Position numbers and translations under genes: made by a program. Below are positions 1 through 13,400 of a stretch of DNA of 64,000 nt, one piece after another. Each line of letters opens with the position of its first letter. The first letter of the stretch is position 1. The notes beneath the pieces were generated by a model, which saw nothing but the letters and a program-made list of their open reading frames with translations, was not told where the DNA came from and did no database searches. Source of the stretch: Eledone cirrhosa (Eukaryota); contig OZ024756.1 of NCBI GenBank assembly GCA_964016885.1, positions 35,030,001 to 35,094,000 of the forward strand, read 5' to 3'.

Positions 1-139
1 TATACTTTCGACCGTTTTTTAAGCCAATATCGTGTTATTATTGGCCATTTCTGTGATTCAACTACACTATGTGTGTGTTGTAAAGGAGAGGAAGACAGGC
101 AAAGAAAGCTTAGCTGAGAGTATCCTTACTACAACTCGG

Positions 140-1560
140 TCGCACTCTCTCTTCCCTCCCTCTCTCTCTATTACACACGCGCGCTCTCTCTATTACACAC
201 ACACGCTCTCTCTTCCTTCCCTCTCTCTATTACACACACACGCTCTCTCTTCCTTCCCTCTCTCTATTACACACACACGCTCTCTCTTCCTTCCCTCTCT
301 ATATTACACATACACACACTCTCTCTATTACACACACAGTTTCTCGCTCTCTGCCTTTGATTTACCAACCCACTCCTCCTTCACTCTTCTCTCTCTTTTT
401 CTGTCATCCTCTAAATCACTCTCTCTTTTTGTCAATAACTATTCACCAAACTACTCTCTCTCTCTCTCTATTTCTCTATTTCTGCCATTCACTAAACCAC
501 TCTTTTTCTTTTCTCATTCTGTCTCTCTCTCTCTCTCTCGTTCACCAAACCATCCTCGTTCTTACTTTTTTCTTTCCTCCGCTCTTCATTATCTATCCCC
601 CTCTCTGTGTCATTCACCAAACCACTCTCGTTCTTACTCTCTGTCATTCGCCAAACCACTCTCGTTCTTTCTCTCTTTCTCTGTATTGCTCTCTCTCTCT
701 CTCTCTCTCTCTCTCATTCATTAAACCACTCGTTCTCTTTCTCTTCCTTTGTTTAAACTCTCATTCATCAAACAACTCACTTCCTTCGCACTATTTTCCT
801 ATCTCTCTCTCTCTCTCACTCCTTCTATTTTATTTTCCTCATTCCCTCTTTCTAACTCTATTTTATTTATACCCCTTCGTTTAATGTTTTATATTCACGA
901 TTCTCACTCATTTAATTCTATCTTACTCTCATTTTCTCTTCCCTATTTCACTTACCCTCTTTACTTCCCTCACCCACTCTGACTCATTTCCTTACGCTTT
1001 CCCTCTCTCCACCTTTTTACTCAAATTCTCTCCTTCCGTTTTCTTTTTCTCTTTCCTCTTTCTCTCTAACACTTTTATTCTGTCTCTTCCTGTAACCCTC
1101 CCACTTACATCGTTTCTCCTCTCCCTCCCATTATCCCCCTTGCTCTCCTCCTCCATTCTCTCCATATTTTCCTCGCTCTCCCCCCTGTTTCACTCTCTCT
1201 CTCTCTCTCCATCATATCCACCCTCAATCTAACTGTTCCACATCCCTTCTTGCTCCTACAAACTGCACTTTCACGCTGTCTGCTGCTATATTTCATCTGG
1301 CCATCTTTTGATTTCTCCAAACACATTCTTTCAAACAACGTTCCCTCTCTTTCCTTCTCTCTCCTTATCGACCACTCATTTTCCCTATTCCCTCACACAC
1401 TGTTTCTCAGGCTTTCTCCTTCTTTCACTATTCCCCCTCAATCTCACTCGATCTATCTCTCTATCAGTCCTCAAAAACTCTCTTTCTCTATCTATCTACC
1501 AATCATTAATACGTACGCACTCATACACACACCCTCCCTCTATCTATCTATCATCTTCGT
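140..1560. repeat. CT-rich low-complexity/polypyrimidine region
   Basis: (CT)n, (CA)n and short degenerate repeats. Confidence 0.85.
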
Positions 1561-2747
1561 CCGTTATACTGAGAGAAAGTTTCAAGTCTTGGTCGTTAGT
1601 AAGTCTTCAATTCCTCGACATACGACCTTTCTGCTTTCTTGCTTCCATCTTTGACTTGTGACTCGTTCTACTGATGCAGTTGTTTAGTCCTAGTTCGTCT
1701 CTGGTCTCAAAGACATGATTAAAGATGTTCCAGTATTTGGCCATCCCGTCTTTTATTAAGACAATCATCATTACCATTTTACGTTCGCTTTTCCATGCTT
1801 GCATGGGTTGGGCGGGTCTTTTCCAGTACAGCTCCCCTCCACACTTTTTTTCTTTTTTTTTTTTTTTGCCATCCCCTCTAAGGGGTTCAGCAATTTGAGA
1901 TCAGCTCTCATCATTTCTACCCATGATGATTTGATTAATGAAGGTGCATGGCTTATTGGTTAGCGTTCAACTTACGATTATAAGATCGTGAGTTCGATTC
2001 CTCGAACGGGCGGCGTGTTATGTCCTTGAGCAAGACGCTTTATTTCATGCTGCTCCAAGCCACACAGCTGGCAAAAACGAGTTGTTACACATACACATTG
2101 TGTCACACTGAATCTCCCTGAGAATTACATTAAGGATGCACGTGTCTGTGGAATACTCGGTATTTTCACGATCAGGCAATGCCGTTGATGGAATCAACTG
2201 GAGCACTCGTCGTGATTTGATAAAAATTTGACTCTTATTTCTGACTGGCCAAAGACCAACTAAAGGTTCCTCTTCTGTATCTCTTCATAGTTGAATGAAA
2301 GAGATTAGAAATGGTTTAAACGGTGGAGAGTCAACATAGAAACCTTGTTCTGGTTCTGGTAGTATCTCTTTGCTTGTTCTTTGTCTTTCTTTAGCCTTCA
2401 TCTAGATAGATATAGATATAGATATAGATATAGATATATATGTGGGGTGGGGGGATTGAGGAAAAGAAAAAGAGAGACGGAAAGGAATGAATTTGTCATG
2501 GATAGATGGAGCCTGTCTTTGAGATGTTGATAAGATGGCCGGTTGAGAGGTTGGTAACTTGTGTGTGGGTAGACACAGTGTGTGAGTCTGTGTATGTATA
2601 TATATATATGTGTGTGTGTGTATGTATGTGTGTATATATATATATATATATTTAAAGGTTAAACAAGGTTCAATGAATAAATCAAAGAATGAGTTTTACA
2701 ATAGATTGGAAGCACTCAACAATAATGGTTTGTCATGCATCATCTTG

Positions 2748-2810
2748 TTTTATCTGATGAGGACGTACTGTTGAAGATAGCTCAGTACCTCTGAAATATG
2801 TATAGTAAAA
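2748..2810 (+). ncRNA. Minimal type-I hammerhead ribozyme motif in a (TA)n-inserted element
   Basis: TTTTAT-CTGATGA-gg.acGTACTG..CAGTACctct-GAAA-TATGTA-TA-GTAAAA; stem I 6 bp; predicted cleavage after AUA (2804). Confidence 0.65.
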
Positions 2811-3304
2811 TATACTTAATCACACGAATGTCTATTTTTGTTAATATTTTGAATTAATATATATAAATATATATATACATATATGAATAGTGTATGTTTG
2901 TTAAATATGGTTGTCTAAAGCCACATTGTAAACATACATAAATATGTGTGTGTGTGTGTATGTATATATAGTACTTTGGGAGAGTCATGCTGCCAATAAA
3001 AACACATGCATCAGCTAAGTTTTACTTCATCTTTTAGTATCAATCAAGTATCTAGGGTGGTTGATTGTCAAAGTCGTGAGAGCGTCAGACACCTGCTTAT
3101 TTTTTGTTCTGGGTTCAAATCCTACCATATTCACCTTTGCTTCTCATCCAACTAGAGTTGATAAAATAAAGTACCAGTAAGTACTGGGGTCGATATAATC
3201 TACTTACCCTTTCCCCTCCAAATTGCGGGCCTTATGCCTAAATTAAAAACCATTATTAGGTAACTAATCGATTCCTTGATTGGTTTAGAAATAAATATAT
3301 ATTT

Positions 3305-4006
3305 ACAGTGTACCACCAATATTCGCGGTCCTGGTTATTCGCGGGATTTTCCTTAGAAGCTAACTAATAATTGTTCGTGGAAACCACCGCATATTTGCGG
3401 AATCGTAAATACCTTCGGCAATTTTTTTAATGGGTTTTTTCGTGGCAATATATATATATATTTTTAAAGCTAAATTATTTTTAACGCTAAATTGTTAATA
3501 ACAATATACCGTATTTGCCGGTCTATTGCACACCCCTTCGCATTAGACGTTCCCTCGGATGATTGGCAGTATCAGTAGAGGGTCGGACGCCATGCTTTGA
3601 CGCATAGAGTTACGGTCCTTGCCATTCTGAGTTCAAATCCCGCCGAGGTTAACTTTGCCTTTCATCCTTTCGGGGTCGATAAAATAAAGTACCAGTAATA
3701 CACTGGCATAATTGCTGGCCTTGTGCCAAAAGTAGAAACAATTATATTTTACGTTATATTTTGAGAGAAAGTTTCAAGTCTTGGTCATTAGTAAGTCTTC
3801 AATTCCTCGTCATACGACCTTTCTGCTTTCTTGCTTCCATCTTTGGCTTGTGGTTCGTTCTACTGATGCAGTTGTTTAGTCCCAGTTAGTTTCTGATCTC
3901 GAAGATTAAAGATGTTCCTGTTTATAGGCATTTTTATGGACCACATCCGATATTCGCGGTTTTTCACCGTTCTAGGAACGTAACCCCCGCGAATACCGGG
4001 GGGCTA

Positions 4007-4009
<3 letters not shown>
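3305..4009. mobile_element. Tigger/pogo-like non-autonomous element with a nested SINE (3558-3745)
   Basis: Ends TA-CAGTGTACCACCAATATTCGCGG and CCGCGAATACCGGGGGGCTACTG-TA; internal ATTCGCGG repeats. Confidence 0.55.
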
Positions 4010-4065
<56 letters not shown>

Positions 4066-4673
4066 CAGTAGATGAGTAACACTAATACTTAATATAATGA
4101 CAACCTTGCATATTAAACCTGCCATCTTAAAGCATGACATATGGGATGGTCTATATCCTATATAAAGACAAGTTTGACACCTTACACAAATGTACGGGTT
4201 TTTTTAAAATGTAATTTTCATTGTCTTCTGAGCAAATCGAATCCATAGTCGAGCTGCATGTAAACGAACAGAGTTGGTCGTTTGCGAAACGCGAGTTATG
4301 CGTGATTATGAATAAAATTATGTAGAATTGAAATTTCGATATATATATATATATATAGTTCGGACCTAACTGTCGAAACAGCCGGAGCTCTGCCGTCGGG
4401 GTCCTGACTCTTTTCCTATTACCCACTCTACTACCCTAAGTATCGAGAACTCTGGTGCGTTATGGTCCACCTGATATCTTACCACACCTTCTTTGTTATT
4501 TATAAATATATATATATATATCCGTATGTGGAGTACTCAATAGCGAAGTAGAATTTTTATATTTATTTATATATTAAGGCTAAATGGTGAGTCTTGTTAC
4601 TCTGGAGTTTCGCCTGTTTATCACAGGGTCGAAATTCCGGAGTAACAAGACTCATTTTTTAGACTTAATATAA

Positions 4674-4749
<76 letters not shown>

Positions 4750-4919
4750 CGAAGGAATTGTGGTAAGGTACCAGATGGACCATAACGCACCAGAGTACTC
4801 AATACTTAGTGTAGTAGAGTCGGAAATAGGAAAAAGTATGACCCCGACGGCAGAGCTCAAGCCGTTTCGACAGCTATTTCTGTACAGAAATAGCCGTCAT
4901 ACTTTTTCCTATATATATA

Positions 4920-5230
4920 TATATATAAGAATTAAAATACTAGAGTGTGTTGGAGTTAAACACCCTCTTCATATTATAGAAATATAGAAATGACAGTAAA
5001 GGTATAGCTCAATGTAATTAAACAGAGCCGAAGAATTAAGAAAATAAACCAAAGAAGCCTTCAATACATCAAAAGTCTTTATAATAAAGACTTTTGATGT
5101 ATTGAAGGCTTCTTTGGTTTATTTTCTTAATTCTTCGGCTCTGTTTAATTACATTGAGCTATACCTTTACTGTCATTTCTATAATATGAAGAGGGTGTTT
5201 AACTCCAACACACTCTAGTATTTTAATTCT

Positions 5231-5240
<10 letters not shown>
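4920..5240. repeat. Long near-perfect palindrome (~155-bp arms) flanked by (TA)n
   Basis: ...AGCCTTCAATACATCAAAAGTCTTT|ataat|AAAGACTTTTGATGTATTGAAGGCT...; the inner ~30 nt of the arm match the sequence 3' of the hammerhead at 21141-21175. Confidence 0.9.
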
Positions 5241-5314
<74 letters not shown>

Positions 5315-6884
5315 GGAATGAATGTTATGTATGAAGAGTGATAGAGATTAGTATGTGAGAACAGAAGAATGAAGAGTATCAATGAATAAACCGCAATAAA
5401 CAAACAGGAGAGAAGAAGGCACAGTTGAAGGCCGTACGTACATAACTTGTAACTTACTACGTAGTGAGGTTATGAATGAATTAATAAAGTTTGAGGTGAT
5501 AACACGCCACCACACCAGCACACACACACACCACCTAACTACGGGTGCTAATTGCTTATCTTAACACACACAGTCTATGTACTCATTCTGAAAACTGTAC
5601 TGTTCTGTGTCAGAGAGATATGGCTATGTAATGGTGGTGGTGAGGCAAATAATTATGATGTATGTGTCAGCATGGAGGAACTTGTTCAATTTACACTGAA
5701 CAAAAGATCCAGTCTCAGAGGATTTTTTTGCTAAGAAATATTTTTGGCCCAAAATACTAAACTATCCTTGAGTTCTTGTGAGGAATATGGGTGATAAATA
5801 GTAGAACCCTGCCTCCTCACCTCTGCTTCCCGGTGTGTCTCTATCATTAAACCACCTCCACTGACCTAATCTACATACCGTTACCCCACCTCTACATCTT
5901 AGGGGTGTATGGGAGTGAAGGGGGTGCTGGAAGAATATTGTGGACAAACCCCTGTTGTGTATAATGTGTGTGTGTCTGTCTGTATGTGTCTGTGTCTGTC
6001 TGTATGTATGTATCTGTCTGTCTGTCTGTCTGTGTGTGTCTGTATGTATGTGTGTGTCTGTGTGTCTGTCTGTATGTGTGTCTGTTTGTATGTGTGTCTC
6101 TGTGTGTGTAGAATTGAAACTGGAAAGTAGTCATGTCTTATACAGCACCCAGGTAGAAAGGAAGAGCTGTTCCCCACATACATCATCATCATCGTCATCG
6201 TTTAACGTCTATCTTCCACGCTAGCCATGTATACATTTTTTTTTCTGTGTCAATGCATAGGGAGATACAGAGTGGGTATAGAGATAGGTAAAGTCCTGAC
6301 CATGGAGCCAAGTGGTTTCAGCTTGTACCCTTAAGAAGGCTTGCTGAACACGCAAGCCGAAACTGCTTGGTGCCATGGTCAGGACTTTACCTCCAAGCAT
6401 GAAAAACTAATCAATGCATGCATGGAAAATTGAAGTTAAACAGTGATGATAGTGATGATGCCCTTGCAGTTTCTACCTACCAAATTCCAATGACACGGCA
6501 TTGGTCAATCGGCAGCTATAGAAATCACTTGCCTAAGGTACCACACAGCAGGATTGAACCCGGCATCACATGGTTATGATCCTTAACCACCCAGTCATCT
6601 TTTGCGAAAGTCTTTAACTATTTTATAACAGGAAATGTGTGTTTGAGCTCTGTTGAAAACACTCACTTTGTCATGGGATCAAATTCGCCCCCATTACCCT
6701 TTAGATACACCCTACATATCTCTACATTATTGAAAGGGTTAACAGGAAATGTGCATGTGTGTAAACCCTCAGACATGTGACTGTTGGTTCAGTTGACTGA
6801 TGGCCCCCACTTAGAAAACAATCCCACATCTCTACAGGATTGTCTCTTCTGCTTACTGTTGGCAAACCATCCTAAAATTGTGTG

Positions 6885-6938
<54 letters not shown>

Positions 6939-7194
6939 ACAGGATGTCACACTCATACATATACACACACACACTCACACTCACATGCACATCCACATTC
7001 TCTCTCTCTCTCTTTCACACAGAGAGGGGTGGGTGGGCTGTCACCCTATTTTACTCTGGTGTAAAATGTTAAGATGGTGGCAGTGGTAGTGGTGGTGGTA
7101 ATGACAATAAAGTTAAGAGAAGGGAGGGGGCGAGAATTTAAGCAAAAACAAAAAACCTCCACATAATTGTTGCTGATGTAATGACAGAACCTCA

Positions 7195-7757
7195 AGTGGT
7201 GGTGGTGGTGACAGTAGAGGTGGCTGTGGTGATGGTAGTGGTTGTGGTGGTAGTGGTGGTGGTGGTAGTGGTGGTGGTGGTAGTGGTGGTGGTGGTAGTT
7301 ATGGCTGTGGTGATGGTGGTGGTGGTGACAGTAGAGTGGTTGTGGTGATGGTGGTGGTTGTGGTGATGGTGGTGGTGGTGGTTGTGGTGGTAGTGGTGGT
7401 AGTTATGGCTGAGGTGGTGATGGTGGTGAAAGTGGTGTTGATGGTGACGGTGGTGGTGGTGGTGGTTGTGGTGTTTATGGTGGTTGAGGTGATGGTGGTG
7501 GTGGTGGTTGTGGTGATGGTGAGGTTGTAGTAATGGTGGCGGTCGTTGTGTTTGTGGTGACAGTGGTGGTGGTGTTTATGGTGGCTTTTGTGATAGTGGT
7601 GGTTGTGGTGGTTGTAGTGGTGGTGGTGGTGACAGTGGCAGTGATGTTTATGGTGGCTCTGGTGATGGTGGTGGTTGTGGTGTTTGTGATGGTGGTGGTG
7701 GTGGTGGTGGTGGTTGTGGTGATGGTTGTGATGATGGTGATGGTGGTGGTGGTGGAG
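7195..7757. repeat. (GGT)n/(GAT) degenerate trinucleotide tract
   Basis: Direct inspection; gives poly-Val/His/Thr pseudo-ORFs. Confidence 0.9.
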
Positions 7758-7934
7758 GTAGCGCTGGGAGGAGGCAGCTAGTGGAATCAGGTCAACTTGG
7801 ATTGTTTCTTCAGTGGCATCCACACTCCCCCTCCTCCTCTTTATCATCAGCATCATAAGTGGCAACAGTCATTGCAGAATTTAACATACACACACACACA
7901 CATATATATATACATGTACTTATATATATGCATA

Positions 7935-7970
<36 letters not shown>

Positions 7971-7992
7971 CATAATCTATAATATATATATA

Positions 7993-8194
7993 TAACAAAG
8001 GAAGTGTGGTAAGGAACCAGATGGACCATAACGCACCAGAGTACTCAACACTTAGGGTAGTAGAGTGGGAAATAGGAAAAAGTATGACCCCGACGGCAGA
8101 GCTCAAGCCGTTTCGACGGCTATTTCTGGGCTATGTCCAGAAATAGCCGTCGAAATGGCTTGAGCTCTGCCGTCGGGGTCATACTTTTTCCTAT
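7993..8194. mobile_element. (TA)n-inserted ~200-bp element with a 58-bp-arm hairpin (8072-8194); related copies at 4358-4500 (opposite strand) and 4746-4912
   Basis: Three copies share GGACCATAACGCACCAGAGTACTCAA...GTATGACCCCGACGGCAGAGCTC; carries the GAAA-CGGC..GCCG-TC half of a hammerhead. Confidence 0.7.
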
Positions 8195-8292
8195 ATATAT
8201 ATATATGTATATATGTATATGTATGTATATATATCTAACCCATGCTAGCTTGGAAAATGGACGTTAAACGAAGATGATGATGATGATGATGA

Positions 8293-8331
<39 letters not shown>

Positions 8332-10232
8332 AACTATACAAACCGACATCCAGCCATGGCTGTATGTTTAAGGAGTTCACTTCACAACCACTTGTAAGAT
8401 TCAGTTCCACTTGTGTGGAAACTTGGACAATGAGTTAACCATGCCCTGTGAGTGAAATGTATATGCCTGTATCTGTGTATGTGTGTGTGTGTGTGTAGAG
8501 GCAGTGGATTGACAGAGTTGATAGAACGTCGGATAGAATGTTTTATGATATTTGTTCCAGCTGCCTGCTCTCTGTCCAGCCGAGGTTCACTTTGCCTTTC
8601 TTCTTTTCGAGGTTGAAAAAAAAGTACCTGTCCAGTACTGAGGTCGATTCTTCCTCTATCTCTCTTTCTCATATCCCCTCTTTCACTTTCTTTCTCTAAA
8701 GAAATCTGCTGTATTATGGTCTGGAGAGGGATGGGCTCTGGCAGGAGTGACAGGACCATACATCTGTGTGTTTGTGTGATGTGTTTGTTTATTTTTATGT
8801 TTGAATCAATAAAATATGAATCAGACGTGAAAATGAAAATGAAAATGAAAATGAAAAAAAAAATGTATATGTAAAGAGGTGAATACGATTGACCAAATCC
8901 TTTTAAGGTGGTGCCTCTTAATGTAATGAAATAATTAATAACTTTAGTAAATCCCTCAGAATTTTTCATTTTGAGTCTACTAGGGTAATATACTTAATTG
9001 AAATACAGTCATAAAAGGATTAAGTGGTGTTTAGTTTAGGGATTGGTATCGCTCTCAATGCCAAAATTTGGTATTTGTCCTTCCAAGACGTTCCATATCT
9101 GTGTGTATTTACAAATATTGAAAAATGTGTAATTTTTGTACTAATGTATTTTATACCTAGCAAAGGGAGACTACTATCCCATTACAGTGAACCATACTTC
9201 ACTGTGGTACCAACATACAACTAGGATGACTGGACTGTCAACTATTATGGTACACACCATCACATTATAGCGAATCATACCATAATGTATTACTTATATA
9301 CAGCTAGGTGGACTGGACTGTTGATTATTACCATGTCCAGACACATTATAAGCTGGTAGACTTAATCTGTCACCTGGTCGCTGGGTACCTTTAACAGTGT
9401 CCACTAGGGTGGTAGATTTAATCTATCACCTGGTTTAACACCATCACCATATAGCTTTAGGATGATCAATCCTTCTGAGTGGAATTTAGTAGGCGCAAAC
9501 AGCAGAAGCCCATCATGTGTGTATGTACACACACACATATATATGTGTGTGTGTGTGATTTGTTTTGACAAAAAGAGATCGATAAAATATGCAACAAACA
9601 CACTTGGAAGAAAAATAAGTATTAGGTCCGATATGATCGACTAAATTTCTTCATGGCTGCAGCTTAATGACGGAACGCTGCAAAATAATCATTTCTACTT
9701 TAGGCCAGTAATGTTTAGGGTGGAAGGGAAATCGCTTCTGCTACATAGATGGTATTTTATTTCATCGACTCCTGAAATGAGGAAAAGCAAAGTTGACCTT
9801 GATGGGATTTGAATTCAGAACCACTAAAATAAAATAATAATGATACGGACTATGCTTGGGAATTTTTCTCGGAGAGAGAAAACTTTTATTTAACGTTAGA
9901 AGTCATATTTTGCAAAATACGACAGGAGAGTGGTTTATAGTGTTTAGTCTTACCTGACTTACCTCCCTTTACAGTTCTGGCAGCCAACAAACCAGCCTTA
10001 ATGAGACGACGAGGAAAGTATCTAAACCAGCTAGAAATAGCAATCTACAACATACCATCTTGAAAAATGGACTTATGGGATAATGCAGTCCAGTGTATAC
10101 TATGCCCATATAATGATTGTAGATTGAACACCTTTGATCATAGATCTGTTTAGTCAGGGCTGACCTAGGCTAATCAAGAATTTTGAAGGACAATCACTGA
10201 TAGACCATAAGACACATGACATTTGTACGAAT

Positions 10233-10441
10233 AGGCTATGTAGCCGGTAAACCCCAAAGAGACGCAACACGCATCGCTATAGCGTTTCACCAGCTCCTTC
10301 CTTCTGTTGTCTGTATGTGTTTACGTGTAGATGTGTATGTATGTAACTAAAGAGTAATGTATGTTACGAATGAACGACAGTGGAAAAAGTTCTAATTGTC
10401 TTAACTCGGGGTGTCTGACACTTTTACCGGCTACATAGCCT
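10233..10441. mobile_element. MITE with perfect 19-bp terminal inverted repeats
   Basis: AGGCTATGTAGCCGGTAAA ... TTTACCGGCTACATAGCCT. Confidence 0.65.
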
Positions 10442-13400
10442 CTTCCACATTTATACCTAAAGACTACGTGATAATTTTTAGAATATTATATACAACTTAA
10501 AACCGATTATTCTCTTTGATAAAGGGTGCACATTAATCTGTAAAAAAAAAAAAAAAATATATATATATATAATTGCTTGTTGACAAGTTTTGTTTTCAAC
10601 CAATCACCACCAGCGTGATGAAATAATTGGCAGTAACCGTAACAATGTGTGTGTGTGTGTATATATATATATAGTGTAGGTGATTCAGTGAATTACTGAT
10701 GTTGGTACCAAAGCAAACACTCTATGCACAGGCAGTGTATATAACTCCTATGGGTGACCTTGAGCCAATCCTCTGCGAAACGCGCGTAACAGTTCGATAC
10801 ACAATAAATATATACATGTAAATGAAACTTCCTTGTTTACATGTTTATGCCCCTCCCCCCGTTATTAGTGACTGCTTGTGATTTCCAAAGCACTAATGGA
10901 GACACAGCCTCATCGGTGGCACAATGGCAGTGGCCAGCAAATCTTACTCTTTTTACGTATGACAGATATGCATGAGAGGCCGGCATACGTTTCTCTCAAA
11001 GGCAGATGTCACCAGCTTATGTTCTAAATGCGTCGAAGCAGGCGAGTGTAGGTGCTACATGGCGCTTTTGTTGTTTGGATGAAAGCGTCCATGTTTCAGT
11101 TCGATATAGCAAGATTGTACCTTATAGACTTTATGCAAATCAGCCTGATGGTATTATCAACCAGTTATCGAAATATATTTTCTTTAACTCTTAAGCATTT
11201 ACATTACTCTATATATACTACTGTATTTTCACACTAAACACTTTACAACACATAATATGAAATCTATGAGATGATATATACCATTCAATGGTATTGTTGT
11301 TTCCACACCAGCTAAAGTGTAAAAGATGTAGACCGAGATATAACTCTAAACACCACAAATCTTTTCCTCAGTTGCTCTGCTGATTGATTGATGAAATGAT
11401 TGAAGCAAAGAAAGAAAAAAAGATCCTTCCTCCACCCACCAAAAAATGACACCCAAAAGATTTATTTATTTATATTTTTATTTTTATCATTTTTGTTTTC
11501 TTTAACTTTGATGAATGTTTTCCAGATATCTAATCATTGTCTAATAATAATGGTTTCTGATTTAGGCACAAGGCCAGCAATTGAGGGGGAGGGGAAGTCG
11601 ATTAAATCGACTCCAGTGATGTGAACTCAGAATGTAAAGGGCCGTGACTCTCTGCAACAAAGCAGGATGTCCGACGCTCTACCAATTCTGCCAAACTGTC
11701 AATAAAAGAACAATAAAATAAAAAGAATGTTTGGAAAATTGACTAAAAAGACTATTTCAAGAAAACCTGGGAATTTCACAGTTCAATTTTTTAATATAGT
11801 TATTTTTGTCATTTTTTAAAAATTGTTATTATTATGTGTATATATATATATGTTTTATTGGTTGCGATTGGCTTTGTAGAGTGTGTGTATCAGGGTGTGA
11901 CAAAGAGAGTGTATGTTGACATGATATAACTGTTTGAATATTGTAATATTTGAACAGGTTATGTTGGAGGTAAGAGAGTGTGACAAAGAGATATTCGTCG
12001 TCATTTAATGATATATATACACACACACACACACATATATATATATATGGAGAGAGAGAGAGAGAGAGCGATCGTCGTCGTCATTTTACGTCTGCCAAAC
12101 TATGGGTTGGATAGAATGTCACAGTCAGAGACTAGACAGCTCTAAGAACTGTCATGTATGTATATACGTATATACAGACACACATATATGTTGGTGTAGA
12201 GGTGGTGGTGGTGTTTAAGACAGAAATGTTTGGTCCCATATTTCCAAGAGAAAATGAAAATATATATTTATATGTGCGTGTATGTATGTATGTGTATATA
12301 TATAGCACAGACAAATAAGCAAACACATACGATGTGAGAGAGACATGAAGAGAGTGAAATGATGTTGGAATGTCAGTAATATAAGAAAAAGAAGGAAATA
12401 AACCGAGGAATGACAAGATTCCTCTTAGATTTCTGCTTCTTTTCTCTTTGATCTGATTTGTGAAGAATTGTTTCATATATGCTACAAAAAAATAACATTG
12501 AATATAAATAATAATTGTTTCTAAATTTGGAACAAGGCCAGCAATTTGAAGGGAAGAAGAAAGTCAATTAAATTGACTCCCGTGCATTACTGGTACTTTA
12601 TTTTATCAACCCTGTAAGGATGAAAGGCAAATCTAACCGTGGCATTATTTGAACTCAGAATGTAAAGGGAAAGGGTCAGAAAAATATTGCTATGCATTTC
12701 TCTGATATAATAGTAGTAATAATAATAATGATAATAATTTCCAACATATACACAAGACCACAAAATGTTTTTAGAGAGACCAGTATGTTTGGTTATACTA
12801 CTTTACTCTTGTAGTATATGACTGGTATTTTATTATATAAACCCTATAGAATGATGAGTTAACTTCAGTAGTATTTGAGCTTAGGATGTAAAAAAGATGG
12901 GATTAATACATTTGATACAAAACCTGCCTGAAACTGCCCTTAATTCTACAACATAAAATTATTTTGTAGCTTGTTTTAAAGTATTCATGTTTATCTAAAA
13001 ACCTTCCATCATAATTTTATATAAGAACCTTTACAGTTTCATAAACTCAGTTGACAGTCACATATCTAAGAGTTGGTCATCCCATTTAATACCAAACCAC
13101 ATGAAATCACCCCTGGCTTTACAATAAAAAACTGTTTGTTTTAAATTGTTAATATTTATTTAAAAACTTTCCACCATAATTTTATGTAAGAATCTTTAAA
13201 TTCCAGACACCAATTTGAGAAAGTTAGTTATATTACTAAATCCCTCAAAATTTTTGATTATTTTCAAAATTATTTGTAAATTATTAGCAGTGTCTTTTCA
13301 TTAGAAATAAGGTAACATAGAGGTTAAAGTGTTTATATTTATATAAAACCCTTTTATCATAATTTTATGTAAGAATTTTTATGTTTCAAATCTCAGCTTA

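Noticed and set aside
32-1661. Long Ser/Leu-rich ORFs
   Set aside because: Products of CT-rich low-complexity DNA that lacks stops; no domain or splice support
2278-2401. Possible minus-strand terminal exon (MKAKERQRTSKEILPEPEQGFYVDSPPF...)
   Set aside because: Short, no recognisable homology, no partner exons found
7299-7865. 188-aa poly-His/poly-Thr ORF
   Set aside because: Translation of a (GGT)n tract; open in several frames on both strands
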